This document shows positions 1-8,966 of a stretch of DNA of 53,992 bases, in pieces. The stretch covers positions 1-53,992 of the forward strand of contig DASTYQ010000054.1 of assembly GCA_035764775.1 (NCBI GenBank). Reading direction: 5' to 3'. The translations under genes and the position numbers were made by a program. The notes beneath the pieces were generated by a model. It searched no databases. It had not been told where the DNA came from and saw only the letters and a program-made list of their open reading frames with translations. This DNA comes from Gaiellaceae bacterium. Lineage in GTDB: Bacteria; Actinomycetota; Thermoleophilia; Gaiellales; Gaiellaceae. Within the stretch, counting starts at the first letter, position 1. Every line of letters starts with the position of its first letter.

Positions 1-132
1 CGCGGTGGTGTTGCGATCGCGATCGCCGTCGAGCTCGGGCTACCCGTGAAGCTCGTCGGCGTCGGCGAAGGCGTCGACGACCTCCGTCCTTTCGACGCAG
101 CGGACTACGCCCGGGCGCTTCTTATGGATTGA
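1..132 (+). CDS. ftsY: SRP receptor FtsY, C-terminal fragment (5' end lies outside the window)
   Basis: Frame 1 reads ...AIAIAVELGLPVKLVGVGEGVDDLRPFDAADYARALLMD then TGA at 130-132. This is the typical C-terminal end of the FtsY NG domain. ffh lies nearby. Confidence 0.7.
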   Translation, partial: RGGVAIAIAVELGLPVKLVGVGEGVDDLRPFDAADYARALLMD

Positions 133-236
133 CGAAGAATCCCTCGATCGAGGGCTCTAGCTCATTGCATGCGGGAACGAGCCCGCGTACGCTGTGGCGG
201 AACCCTGGACGCGACGCAGGGAAGGAGGATCTGGGA

Positions 237-581
237 ATGGCTGTCGCGATGTACATGCACTGGCCGGGCGTCACATCCGACCAGTACGACGCCGTCATGG
301 CGAAGCTTGGCCTCGATGCGAATCCGCCCGCCGGTGGCGTATTGCATATGGCGACAGTAACCGACGAGGGTGTCGAGGTGTGCGAGATCTGGCAGACCGA
401 GCAAGCCTTCAACGGCTTCCTCGAGCAGCGTCTACTGCCAGTCGTGAGCGAGCTCGGGATCGGAGGCGAGCCCGAGGTACGAGTCGTTCCGCTCCACAAC
501 CTCTATGCCGCGGATCCGGACATGATCGACCGGATCGGCGTCATCTCCCTTCCGGCTGCAGTCGCGAGCTGGGCCAGCTGA
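237..581 (+). CDS. Hypothetical small protein (about 114 aa), possibly a ferredoxin-like / ABM-type fold
   Basis: ORF 129-581 trimmed to ATG 237, which is preceded by GAAGGAGG (221-228). No diagnostic motif recognised. Confidence 0.55.
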   Translation: MAVAMYMHWPGVTSDQYDAVMAKLGLDANPPAGGVLHMATVTDEGVEVCEIWQTEQAFNGFLEQRLLPVVSELGIGGEPEVRVVPLHNLYAADPDMIDRIGVISLPAAVASWAS

Positions 582-588
582 TCGTTCA

Positions 589-623
589 TGAGCCGAGATC
601 CGCCATGCGCGGATCTCGGCTCA
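589..623. terminator. 15-bp perfect-stem hairpin between convergent genes
   Basis: TGAGCCGAGATCCGC (589-603), loop CATGC, GCGGATCTCGGCTCA (609-623). No U-tract, so a bidirectional terminator role is inferred from position only. Confidence 0.5.
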
Positions 624-637
624 CATCACCTTTGGCC

Positions 638-904
638 CTAGCCGTTCGGCGCGATCGTGACCTTGTAGGCCGTCGGCCCAGGGTTCGGCGAGACCGTGAC
701 TTCGATCCTCGTCACCTCGAAATTCATCGCGCTCTTGTCGTTGTCCCCCAGCCAGTGAGCCGCGGCCTGCGCCGCCTCGGTGATCGCGACCACGAGCCCC
801 GTCGGACCGCCTTGTCCTTCCTCATCCGGGTCGGCGGACGCCTCACCGAGGAACGCCGGCGCGAGCTGCTCCCGCCTCTTCTCCCGCTCGTCACCGTTGC
901 TCAC
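638..904 (-). CDS. Hypothetical small protein (88 aa) with an acidic N-terminus; directly downstream of the cyclase-STAND gene
   Basis: ORF 638-1132 trimmed to GTG 904, because the upstream part overlaps the 899-aa gene. GGGAGGA Shine-Dalgarno sits just upstream of the GTG. The C-terminal ...NFEVTRIEVTV...YKVTI pattern is vaguely dodecin-like (weak). Confidence 0.45.
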   Translation of the reverse strand: MSNGDEREKRREQLAPAFLGEASADPDEEGQGGPTGLVVAITEAAQAAAHWLGDNDKSAMNFEVTRIEVTVSPNPGPTAYKVTIAPNG

Positions 905-935
905 GGATCCTCCCTTCGTCGCAGGAAGCGCAAGC

Positions 936-3635
936 CTACTCCGCTCCTGTCGGGGCAACAACATCGCCCAGATGCGCAATGACGACCTCGTGTCCGATGC
1001 GACGACCCTCCGCGCGGAGGCTCGCGAGCCGCTCGGCCCCGAGGGACTCGAGGACAGACGGCGTGAAGCGAGCTTCGATCTCCGGCTCGCCGTACTCGAG
1101 CGGTCGCAACCCCCGAGCGGCATCGCCGGCACCCCAGAGGCGGGCTGCCTCTTCGGGGTGCCCTGTCGCGGCCGCGTAGCCGCCCAACGCCGCGAGGCAT
1201 TCGGCGCAGCTCCTGTCGTCGTGGAGGGCGACGTAGATGGCGAGGCTCTCGCTCAGACGCTTCTCGACGAGCGCGAGATCGTCCTTCAAGAGCCCGGTCG
1301 TCCCGAGCATGCACAGCGCAGCGGCGGTGTACAGGGCGTCGCCCAGGGAGCGGGCGTGGTCGAGGGCCGCTTCGAATGCCTCCTCAGCACGATCGAGGTC
1401 TCCACCGGCAAACGCGGCGACTCCGACGTCGTACGTCGAGTCGACGATCGTCGTCGGGTCGCCGAGAGCGCGGCGCCGCTCGAGCGCCTCCTCGGCGCAG
1501 GCCAGCGCCCGGTCGTGATCACCCTGCGTCCGGGCGACATCGGAAAGGATGCTGAGCACTGCCGAGAGCGCGCGGTCGTCTCCGAGCGAGCGGGCGAGCG
1601 CGAGAGCCTCGATGCAGAGCTGCTCGGCGCGTTCGGCGTCGCCGCGCCGCAGTGCCGTAAAGCCCAGCTCCGAGAGCGCGAAGATTTCTTCGCGCTGCCT
1701 CTTCTCCGCACGGAACAGCGAGAGAGCCTCCTCGAGCATGGGCACCGCGGCGTCCCAGTCGCTTTGACCCGCCGCCTGGCGGGCTGCAGTCCAGAGCGCG
1801 TCCGCCCGGATCCGTGCAGGTGCATCGCTCGCGAGATCGAGGCCGAGGGCGAGCCATCGCCGCGCTTCGCCCACGTGTGCATGGGCACGCCAGAAACGCT
1901 CGAGCGCGCTCACAGCGCGGAGCGTGTCCACGGCTCGCCCCGACGACAGCAGCCAGTCGAGGGTAGCCGCGATGTTGTCGTATTCGCGTTCGAGTCGGTC
2001 GAGCCACTCGATCTGATGAGTGCCTGACAGCTCCTTCTCGGCTGCGAGGGCAAGCGCGAGGAAGTGCTCGGCATGACGCCTCCGCACGTCGTCCAGCATT
2101 CCTTCCGCTCGCATGCGATCGACGGCGAACTCGCGAACGGTCTCGAGCATCGAAAGCCGGAGGTCGCCATCGCCCGCCTCCGTTCGGATCAAGCTCCATC
2201 CGACGAGTGCCTCGAGATCGGGGAGGAACGACCTGCGGCTGCCGTCGAGCGCCCGGGCGTCGTCGAGTGAGGCGCTGTCCGAGAAGACGGCGAGGACGCC
2301 GTGAAGGGCGCGCTGGCCGTCCGATAAACGCTGATAGCTCCAGTCGATGGCCGCATGCAGTGTGCGCTGGCGTTCCGGAAGGTCGACCGGCCCTTCCATC
2401 TCGAGGGCGAGCCCCTCTCCGAGCGCGCGAACGATCTCTGCGGGAGGGAGGACGGCGAGTCGCGCAGCCACCAGCTCGATCGCCAGCGGGAGTCCGTCGA
2501 GACGTCGGCAGATCTCGTGCACCGACGCGAGAGCGCTCTCTTCGAGGATCACGCCGCGCGCTGCGGCAAGCTCGGTGAAGAGTGTTGTCGCATCCTCGAT
2601 GGAAAGCGGCTCGAGGGTCAGCACGTACTCGGTCGAGAGCCTCAGCGGCGCACGGCTCGTCGTGAGCACCTGCACGTCCGGCGCCCGATCGAGAAGAGCG
2701 GCAACGCACACAGAGGCTCCCTCGAGGTGCTCGAGGTTGTCGAGATAGAGCAGCGCGCCCGTTCCCTCGAGCCGGTCGCCGATCGCATCCACGAGCGTCC
2801 GCTCGCTCGACTCGCGGACGCCCAGAGCGCGCGCGATCGCGCTCGGAACGAGCTCTGCGTCCGCCACGGGCGCGAGACCGACGAGGTGCACCGGCCGCTC
2901 GAGCGCCGCGCTCGCGGCCACCTCGAGCGCCAGCCTGCTCTTCCCCGCGCCGCCCGGTCCCGTGATCGTGACGAGTCGGGCGCCCCGGTTGTCGAGAAGC
3001 TCCTCGACCCGCGCGAGAGCGTCCTCGCGGCCGACCAGCCGGTGGTGGAGTGCCGGGAGGCTGGTCGCCGTGAGCGTCTTGAGCGGAGGAAAGTCCTCTC
3101 GCAGACCCGGAGCCACGAGCTGGAACAGCTGGACGGCGTTCGGGACGTCCTTCAGACGATGCCGGCCGAGCGCACGGTACGAGCCGTCGGCGATCGGGGT
3201 CTCGCCCGAGACGTCGCGTGTCGCCTGCGAGACCACGACCTGCTCACCGTGTGAGGCCGCGCAGATCCGGGCCGCGATGACCACGTCGATCCCGACGTAG
3301 CCCTCGGGGCCGAGCTCCGGCTCGCCGGTGTGCAGCCCGATCCGGAGGCGATGCGCCTCCTCGTCCGGCCACGGTTCGGCGGCGAGCGACCGGTGGATCT
3401 GCGCGGCGGCGCCGATGGCGTCCCGCGCCCGCGCGAAGGCGAGGAAGACACCGTCGCCCGCCCAGTCGACCTCGACGCCCTCGTGTGCCCGAGCGGCTTC
3501 GCGAACGAGCTCTCGCATGCGAGCACGCGCAGGGCCGAATCGCTCTCCGAGAAGAGTGAGCAGCCGAGTGGAGCCCTCGACGTCCGCGAAGAGGAGCGTG
3601 ACGGTTCCCGTTGGCAATGCGGGCGGCGCGAGCAT
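936..3635 (-). CDS. Class III nucleotidyl-cyclase domain + NB-ARC (STAND) ATPase + TPR-like repeat protein
   Basis: 899 aa. Cyclase motifs LLFADVEGST, WAGDGVFLAF and GIDVVIAARI. Walker A GPGGAGKS, Walker B LLYLDNLEH, GLPLAIEL motif. About 400 aa of Ala/Leu-rich TPR-like repeats follow. No C-terminal HTH. Confidence 0.85.
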   Translation of the reverse strand: MLAPPALPTGTVTLLFADVEGSTRLLTLLGERFGPARARMRELVREAARAHEGVEVDWAGDGVFLAFARARDAIGAAAQIHRSLAAEPWPDEEAHRLRIGLHTGEPELGPEGYVGIDVVIAARICAASHGEQVVVSQATRDVSGETPIADGSYRALGRHRLKDVPNAVQLFQLVAPGLREDFPPLKTLTATSLPALHHRLVGREDALARVEELLDNRGARLVTITGPGGAGKSRLALEVAASAALERPVHLVGLAPVADAELVPSAIARALGVRESSERTLVDAIGDRLEGTGALLYLDNLEHLEGASVCVAALLDRAPDVQVLTTSRAPLRLSTEYVLTLEPLSIEDATTLFTELAAARGVILEESALASVHEICRRLDGLPLAIELVAARLAVLPPAEIVRALGEGLALEMEGPVDLPERQRTLHAAIDWSYQRLSDGQRALHGVLAVFSDSASLDDARALDGSRRSFLPDLEALVGWSLIRTEAGDGDLRLSMLETVREFAVDRMRAEGMLDDVRRRHAEHFLALALAAEKELSGTHQIEWLDRLEREYDNIAATLDWLLSSGRAVDTLRAVSALERFWRAHAHVGEARRWLALGLDLASDAPARIRADALWTAARQAAGQSDWDAAVPMLEEALSLFRAEKRQREEIFALSELGFTALRRGDAERAEQLCIEALALARSLGDDRALSAVLSILSDVARTQGDHDRALACAEEALERRRALGDPTTIVDSTYDVGVAAFAGGDLDRAEEAFEAALDHARSLGDALYTAAALCMLGTTGLLKDDLALVEKRLSESLAIYVALHDDRSCAECLAALGGYAAATGHPEEAARLWGAGDAARGLRPLEYGEPEIEARFTPSVLESLGAERLASLRAEGRRIGHEVVIAHLGDVVAPTGAE

Positions 3636-3641
3636 GCGGCG

Positions 3642-3647
3642 AGTCTA
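3642..3647 (-). promoter_or_regulatory. Candidate -10 box TAGACT, 6 nt upstream of the ATG (3635) of the cyclase-STAND gene (leaderless)
   Basis: Minus strand reads TAGACT-cgccgc-ATG. No SD present. Confidence 0.45.
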
Positions 3648-3666
3648 GGAGCCGAACGGCGAGACG

Positions 3667-3672
3667 TACACT
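3667..3672 (+). promoter_or_regulatory. Candidate -10 box TACACT, 8 nt upstream of the GTG start of ffh (leaderless)
   Basis: TACACT-gtccggcc-GTG(3681). No SD present. Confidence 0.4.
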
Positions 3673-3680
3673 GTCCGGCC

Positions 3681-5006
3681 GTGTTCGACACCCTGTCCGA
3701 CAAGCTGCAGGCGACCCTTGGCGGTCTCGGCCGGAGTGGTCGGCTCGACGAGGAGGCGATCTCCAAGGCAATGCGCGAGATCCGCCTCGCGCTCCTGGAG
3801 GCGGACGTCAACCTCGAAGTCGCGCGTGACTTCACGAGCGCCGTCAAGGAGCGCGCGCTCGGCCAGGACGTGTTGAAGAGCCTGACACCCGGGCAGCAAG
3901 TCGTGAAGATCGTCCACGAGGAGCTCACGACGCTGATGGGCTCGGGCGACTCGCGCCTTGCGTTCGGGCGCCCTCCGACCGTCATCCTGCTCGCGGGGCT
4001 CCAGGGCTCGGGCAAGACGACTGCTGCGGCAAAGCTCGGCCTGATGCTCCGACGCGACGGCAAGCGACCTGGTCTCGTCGCCTGCGACCTCCAACGCCCG
4101 GCCGCCGTCGACCAGCTCGAGCAGCTCGGCAAGCAGATCTCGATGCCCGTCTACGCGCTCGACCGAAACGATCCGGTCAGTGCGGCGCGGCAGGGGGTCG
4201 AGGCTGCGCGGAAGCACGGCCTGGACGTCGTCGTCCTCGACACGGCCGGACGGCTGCACGTCGACGAAGAGCTCATGGCCGAGCTCGAGCGCGTGTCGGC
4301 GGAGACGAAGCCGACGAACGTGCTTCTCGTCCTCGACGCGATGACGGGCCAGGAGGCGGTCAACGTCGCGCTCGCGTTCCAGGAGCGCATCGCCTTCGAC
4401 GGCGTCGTCCTCACGAAGCTGGACGGCGACGCTCGCGGCGGTGCCGCGCTCTCGGTCCGGGCGGTGACGGGTCGTCCGGTGAAGCTCGTCTCGGTCGGCG
4501 AGAAGCTCGACCAGCTCGAGTACTTCCACCCCGACCGCATGGCATCGCGCATCCTCGGCATGGGAGACGTCCTCACGCTCATCGAGAAGGCGGAGGCCGC
4601 CGTCGAGGTCGACGAGCAGGAGGAGATGGAGAAGCGCATCCGCGCGGGCGAGTTCACGTTCGACGACTTCCTCGCCAGCTACCGCATGATCCGGCGCATG
4701 GGCCCGCTCCAGGGCGTGATGAAGCTCATCCCCGGCATGGGCAAGCAGCTGCAGGGGCTCGACCTGGACGAGAAGCAGCTCGCGCGGGTCGAGGCGATCG
4801 TCCTCTCGATGACGCCGCAGGAGCGCCGGATGCCCCACGTCATCTCGATGCAGCGGCGCCGGCGAATTGCGGCGGGGAGCGGAACCTCGCTCGACGAGGT
4901 GAACAAGCTCATGGCCGCCCGCAAGCAGATGGCGAAGATGATGAAGCAGGTCGGCAAGGGCAAGATGCCGACGCTCCCGCCGGGGATCGGCGCGCCGAGA
5001 CGCTAG
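3681..5006 (+). CDS. ffh: Signal recognition particle protein Ffh
   Basis: Starts [17 protein letters not shown]-domain motifs [14 protein letters not shown] and DTAGR. Met-rich M-domain. ORF 3330-5006 trimmed to the in-frame GTG 3681. Confidence 0.95.
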   Translation: MFDTLSDKLQATLGGLGRSGRLDEEAISKAMREIRLALLEADVNLEVARDFTSAVKERALGQDVLKSLTPGQQVVKIVHEELTTLMGSGDSRLAFGRPPTVILLAGLQGSGKTTAAAKLGLMLRRDGKRPGLVACDLQRPAAVDQLEQLGKQISMPVYALDRNDPVSAARQGVEAARKHGLDVVVLDTAGRLHVDEELMAELERVSAETKPTNVLLVLDAMTGQEAVNVALAFQERIAFDGVVLTKLDGDARGGAALSVRAVTGRPVKLVSVGEKLDQLEYFHPDRMASRILGMGDVLTLIEKAEAAVEVDEQEEMEKRIRAGEFTFDDFLASYRMIRRMGPLQGVMKLIPGMGKQLQGLDLDEKQLARVEAIVLSMTPQERRMPHVISMQRRRRIAAGSGTSLDEVNKLMAARKQMAKMMKQVGKGKMPTLPPGIGAPRR

Positions 5007-5043
5007 CCTTCCGACTTCAGCAAACGAAAGGCACATCCAGCAC

Positions 5044-5289
5044 ATGGCAGTGAAGATCAGGCTGACTCGCGTCGGCTCCAAGAAGAACCCGATCTACCGC
5101 GTCGTCGTCGCCGACTCGCGCTCGCCGCGCGACGGCCGGTTCATCGAGATCGTCGGCCGCTACAACCCCCAGACCGATCCGTCCACGATCGACCTCGACG
5201 AGGCGAAGATCAAGGACTGGATCTCCAAGGGCGCCCAGCCGACGGAGCCGGTGTCACGGCTCATCAGGGCCGCCGGCATCTCGGGCTGA
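5044..5289 (+). CDS. rpsP: 30S ribosomal protein S16
   Basis: [42 protein letters not shown]. Confidence 0.97.
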   Translation: MAVKIRLTRVGSKKNPIYRVVVADSRSPRDGRFIEIVGRYNPQTDPSTIDLDEAKIKDWISKGAQPTEPVSRLIRAAGISG

Positions 5290-5298
5290 GGACAGGCG

Positions 5299-5529
5299 GT
5301 GGCCGAGCTTCTCGAATGGCTCGCGCGACGGCTCGTGGACGACCCGGAGGCTGTGCGTGTCGAGACGGAAGAGCGTGAGGACGCGATCGTCTTCCACCTC
5401 CACGTCGCGCCCGACGACGTCGGCAAGGTGATCGGAAAGCAAGGCCGGATCGCACGCGCGCTCCGGAGCGTCGTTCGCGCGGGCGGAGCCCGGGCCGACG
5501 AGCGCTACATCCTCGAGATTGCCGACTGA
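5299..5529 (+). CDS. KH-domain RNA-binding protein (YlqC-like)
   Basis: 76 aa with VGKVIGKQGRIARALR (GXXG KH motif). Conserved position between rpsP and rimM. Confidence 0.9.
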   Translation: MAELLEWLARRLVDDPEAVRVETEEREDAIVFHLHVAPDDVGKVIGKQGRIARALRSVVRAGGARADERYILEIAD

Positions 5530-5995
5530 CGCCGGGCAGGAGCTCGTCAGCGTCGGACGCGTCGGGCGCCCGCACGGCATGGACGGCGCCTTCGTCGTCG
5601 AGCAGGCGAGCGATGAGCCCGGCCGCTTCGACGTTGGAGCAGAGGTACTGATCGACGGCCGACCCGCACGCATCGAGATCTCGCGGCAGGTCGGAGGCAG
5701 GCGGCGCGCGATCAAGCTCGACCGGCGGGTCGAGCGCGGCGCCGGTCTCTTCGTGCGCCGCGCTGCGCTCGCCCCGCTGCCGGAGGACTCCTACTACGTC
5801 GCCGACCTCGTCGGGCTGGACGTCCTCGACGAGAACGACGTGCGCGTCGGCAAGGTGCGTGACGTCCTTCCCGGGCCGGCGAACGACGTACTCGAGCTGG
5901 ACACGGGCGTCCTGCTCCCGCTCGTCGAGGACTGCATTCGCGAAGTGGATCTCCCGAGTCGCCGGATTCTTCTCAATCCCGGCTTCATCGGCTGA
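5519..5995 (+). CDS. rimM: 16S rRNA processing protein RimM
   Basis: VSVGRVGRPHGMDGAF PRC-barrel family N-terminus, plus synteny. The start (TTG 5519) is uncertain. Confidence 0.88.
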   Translation: MPTDAGQELVSVGRVGRPHGMDGAFVVEQASDEPGRFDVGAEVLIDGRPARIEISRQVGGRRRAIKLDRRVERGAGLFVRRAALAPLPEDSYYVADLVGLDVLDENDVRVGKVRDVLPGPANDVLELDTGVLLPLVEDCIREVDLPSRRILLNPGFIG

Positions 5996-6013
5996 CGGCT
6001 ACGGTTCGGCGTC

Positions 6014-6664
6014 GTGCGCCTCGACGTCTTCACGCTCGTTCCCGACGCCTTCGAGTGGATCCGGGAACGTCGTCCGCTCGCGGCCGTGCTCGGCGGTGAG
6101 CTCGACCTCCGCGTCTTCAACTATCGCGAGTCGACACCCCTGACCGCCGGCCAGGTGGACGACGACCCGTACGGAGGTGGACCCGGCATGGTGCTCCGCG
6201 TCGATGTCGTCGCGGCCGCGCTCGACGCCGTCTACGGCAGGGTTCCCGACCATCGCGTCATCGCGCTCTCGCCGCAGGGCATGCAGCTCGACCAGGAGCT
6301 GGTCGAGGAGCTCGCGTCCGAGGACGCGCTGACGCTGCTCTCGGCGCGGTTCGAGGGATTCGACCAGCGGATCCTCGACCACCTCTGCACCGACGTGGTC
6401 TCCATCGGCCCGTACGTCCTTTCCGGCGGTGAAATCCCTGCGCTCGCGCTCGTCGACGCAGTCGCGCGGCGACTTCCGGGTGCTCTCAGCGAGGGGTCGG
6501 GAGAGGTCGAGAGCTTCTCCGTCGCGCTCGACGGCGGGCTCGAGTACCCGCATTACACGCGGCCGGCCGAGTTCCGCGGCTGGGCGGTTCCGGCGATCCT
6601 GCTCTCCGGCGACCACTCCAGGATCGAGGCGTGGCGTCGAGAACACGTCAGAGCGGTTACATGA
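6014..6664 (+). CDS. trmD: tRNA (guanine37-N1)-methyltransferase TrmD
   Basis: MRLDVFTLVPDAF...VDDDPYGGGPGMVL. Confidence 0.95.
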   Translation: MRLDVFTLVPDAFEWIRERRPLAAVLGGELDLRVFNYRESTPLTAGQVDDDPYGGGPGMVLRVDVVAAALDAVYGRVPDHRVIALSPQGMQLDQELVEELASEDALTLLSARFEGFDQRILDHLCTDVVSIGPYVLSGGEIPALALVDAVARRLPGALSEGSGEVESFSVALDGGLEYPHYTRPAEFRGWAVPAILLSGDHSRIEAWRREHVRAVT

Positions 6665-7455
6665 GCGACACCGAGGAGCGCATCACGCCGCCGGCCGGCA
6701 CCCCGGACGGCACGGATGAGCGGTCCGGCGACGGCTGGCGGATGCCGCAGGTCTACGAGCAGCCGCCGCCACCGGCGCCGCCGTTCTCGTGGCCGGTTCC
6801 ACCGCCGGGCACGGACATCACGTCCGCGCAACACCACGAGTTCCACCATCCGCTCGACCGCGTCACCGGGCGCCTGCCGCGCCGCCTGCGGATCGCCGTC
6901 GACTGGATCGTCACGATCGTGGGCGCCATCGCGATCGTGCTCGCGATCAAGGCGTGGGTCGTCAATCCGTACCGGATTCCCTCCTCGTCGATGGAGCCGA
7001 CGCTGCACTGCGCCCGGCCGGCCGCGGGCTGCGAGGCGCGGTTCTCCGATCGCGTGCTCGCGAACCGCTTCATCTACCACTTCCGTGATCCGCAGCGCGG
7101 CGATGTCATCGTCTTCGAGACGCCTCCGGCGGCCAAGGCGAAGTGCGGGGCGGGGGGCACGTTCGTCAAGCGCATCATCGGGCTGCCGGGAGAGCGCGTG
7201 CAGGTCCGGCTCCGCCGCGGTGCCGCCTACGTCTACGTGGACGGGAAACGTCTCGACGAGCCGTACATCGAGAACGACCGCCGAGATATCGGGCCGGAGG
7301 AGCGCTACCGCGTTCCCCCCGGCCACTACTTCGTGATGGGCGACAATCGCTCGCAGTCGTGCGATTCGCGCGTGTGGGGATCCGTGCCGCGGGACAACAT
7401 CATCGGCAAGGTCTTCATGACCTACTGGCCGCCTCAGCGCGTGTCCTTCCGCTGA
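6661..7455 (+). CDS. lepB: Signal peptidase I with a long Pro-rich N-terminal extension
   Basis: Motifs IPSSSMEPTL, GDVIVF, VKRIIGLPGE and GDNRSQSCDSR. ATG 6661 overlaps the trmD stop (ATGA). Confidence 0.9.
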   Translation: MSDTEERITPPAGTPDGTDERSGDGWRMPQVYEQPPPPAPPFSWPVPPPGTDITSAQHHEFHHPLDRVTGRLPRRLRIAVDWIVTIVGAIAIVLAIKAWVVNPYRIPSSSMEPTLHCARPAAGCEARFSDRVLANRFIYHFRDPQRGDVIVFETPPAAKAKCGAGGTFVKRIIGLPGERVQVRLRRGAAYVYVDGKRLDEPYIENDRRDIGPEERYRVPPGHYFVMGDNRSQSCDSRVWGSVPRDNIIGKVFMTYWPPQRVSFR

Positions 7456-7485
7456 GCGCGGGATCTGCAATTGCAGATCCCGCGC
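7456..7485. terminator. 30-bp perfect palindrome immediately after the lepB stop
   Basis: GCGCGGGATCTGCAA/TTGCAGATCCCGCGC. No U-tract. It shares the core GGGATCTGC...GCAGATCCC with the hairpin at 30809-30838. Confidence 0.4.
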
Positions 7486-7557
7486 GCGGACAATCGAAGA
7501 CGATCGCCGTGACTGTCCACCGCCCGAGCACCGCACGACCGACGCTGTGACGACTGG

Positions 7558-7563
7558 TACCAT
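7558..7563 (+). promoter_or_regulatory. Candidate -10 box TACCAT for rplS (leader of about 23 nt)
   Basis: TANNNT hexamer 30 nt upstream of ATG 7594. The leader contains a GGCCC-gac-GGGCC hairpin and a CCUUCUUCC tract but no SD. Confidence 0.3.
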
Positions 7564-7593
7564 GCCGCCGGCCCGACGGGGCCCCTTCTTCCT

Positions 7594-7944
7594 ATGAACC
7601 CGGTCATCGAGAGCCTCGAGCAGCGCAACATGCGCACGGACCTGCCGCAGTTCAAAGCGGGGGACACGCTGCGCGTCCACTTCAAGGTGATCGAGGGCAA
7701 CCGCCAGCGGATCCAGGTGTTCGAGGGGATCTGCATCAAGCGTCAGGGATCAGGCTTCCGCGAGACCTTCACCGTGCGCAAGCAGTCCTTCGGCGTCGGA
7801 GTCGAGCGGACGTTCCCACTCCATTCGCCGAAGATCGAGAAGCTCGAGGTCGCCGCGATCGGCGACGTCCGGCGCGCCAAGCTCTACTACTTGCGCAAGA
7901 GAGTGGGGAAGAAGGCGCGCGTCCGCGAGCTCCGGCAGAGCTAG
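7594..7944 (+). CDS. rplS: 50S ribosomal protein L19
   Basis: [45 protein letters not shown] aligns by eye along its length with E. coli L19. Confidence 0.97.
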   Translation: MNPVIESLEQRNMRTDLPQFKAGDTLRVHFKVIEGNRQRIQVFEGICIKRQGSGFRETFTVRKQSFGVGVERTFPLHSPKIEKLEVAAIGDVRRAKLYYLRKRVGKKARVRELRQS

Positions 7945-7948
7945 CGTC

Positions 7949-7954
7949 TATTCT
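7949..7954 (+). promoter_or_regulatory. Candidate -10 box TATTCT, 7 nt upstream of the GTG start of rnhB (leaderless)
   Basis: TATTCT-cggccgc-GTG(7962). No SD present. Confidence 0.4.
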
Positions 7955-7961
7955 CGGCCGC

Positions 7962-8603
7962 GTGGCTCGATCCAGCGGCCAGCGCCTCCTCGGGTTCGAT
8001 CGCAAGCTCGACGCGCGTTTCGTCGCGGGAGCGGACGAGGCCGGACGGGGTTCGCTGGCAGGCCCGCTCGTCGTCGCGGGCGTGCTCTTCGACTACGAGG
8101 ACCTGCGCGGCCCGCGCGTTCGGCCGCTCACGACGCTGAACGACTCGAAGCAGGTCTCCGTCCAGGAGCGCGAGACGCTGTTCGAGGCCGTCGGCGCGTG
8201 CGCGGCGGCGATCAGCGTGCGCGTGGTACCCGTCGGCACGATCGACCGGAACGGACTCCATCGCTCGAATCTCGCCGGGCTGCGGGCCGTGCTCGCCGAC
8301 CTCCACCCGCCGGCCGAGGTGTGCCTCGTCGACGGCTTCCGGCTCGGGCCGACGGCGCCTCCGCATCGGGCCGTCGTCGACGGTGACGCCCGCAGCGCCG
8401 CGATCGCCGCGGCGTCGATCGTGGCGAAGGTCGTGCGCGACCGCGTGATGCGTCGCCTCGACGCGTTGTATCCGAACTACGGGTTCGTCTCGCACGTCGG
8501 GTACATCACTCCGGCACACAACATCGCGGTGCGTGCGTTCGGGCCGTCAGTGCTCCATCGCCGCTCGTTCCAAGCTCGCTGCTACGCCCAAGACGCAGCA
8601 TGA
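7962..8603 (+). CDS. rnhB: Ribonuclease HII
   Basis: GADEAGRGSLAGPLVVAG active-site motif, DSKQ, and IVAKVVRD. Confidence 0.93.
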   Translation: MARSSGQRLLGFDRKLDARFVAGADEAGRGSLAGPLVVAGVLFDYEDLRGPRVRPLTTLNDSKQVSVQERETLFEAVGACAAAISVRVVPVGTIDRNGLHRSNLAGLRAVLADLHPPAEVCLVDGFRLGPTAPPHRAVVDGDARSAAIAAASIVAKVVRDRVMRRLDALYPNYGFVSHVGYITPAHNIAVRAFGPSVLHRRSFQARCYAQDAA

Positions 8604-8613
8604 GCAACGCGGT

Positions 8614-8934
8614 GTGAACCGGGGCGAGCGAGTCGCCCTCCGCCACTACCGCGTTCGTGGATACCGCTTGCTCGCGGCGAACGCGCGCGTTGGCCACTAC
8701 GAGCTCGACCTCGTGCTGCGCCGTGGACGCCGGATCGTGGTCGTCGAGGTGAAGGAGAAAGCCGGAAACGCGTTCGGGCACCCGCTCGAGATGGTCGACG
8801 AGGAGAAGGCGCTTCGTGTGCAGCGTGCGGCCGCGGGCTGGCTCGCCGCGCGCCCCGAGCTCGCTGGCCTCGAGCTCGCGTTCGAGGCCGCGGGCGTCCG
8901 CGGCCGCCGCGTGGAGCGCGTGCCTCTCGTGTAG
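8614..8934 (+). CDS. yraN: YraN/UPF0102 family endonuclease-like protein
   Basis: RGERVALRHYRVRGYRLLAANARVGHYELDLV...VVVEVK. ORF 8533-8934 trimmed to GTG 8614, just after the rnhB stop. Start is uncertain. Confidence 0.78.
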   Translation: MNRGERVALRHYRVRGYRLLAANARVGHYELDLVLRRGRRIVVVEVKEKAGNAFGHPLEMVDEEKALRVQRAAAGWLAARPELAGLELAFEAAGVRGRRVERVPLV

Positions 8935-8966
8935 GACCGCAGGACCCGCCGTCGAAACGAGCCTGG

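Noticed and set aside
638-3635. Pycsar/CBASS-like cyclic-nucleotide defence interpretation of the cyclase-STAND gene
   Set aside because: There is no adjacent effector with a cyclic-nucleotide-binding, TIR, TM-pore or nuclease domain. The only neighbour is an 88-aa soluble ORF. The architecture is a known actinobacterial signalling family. It is kept only as a lower-key finding.
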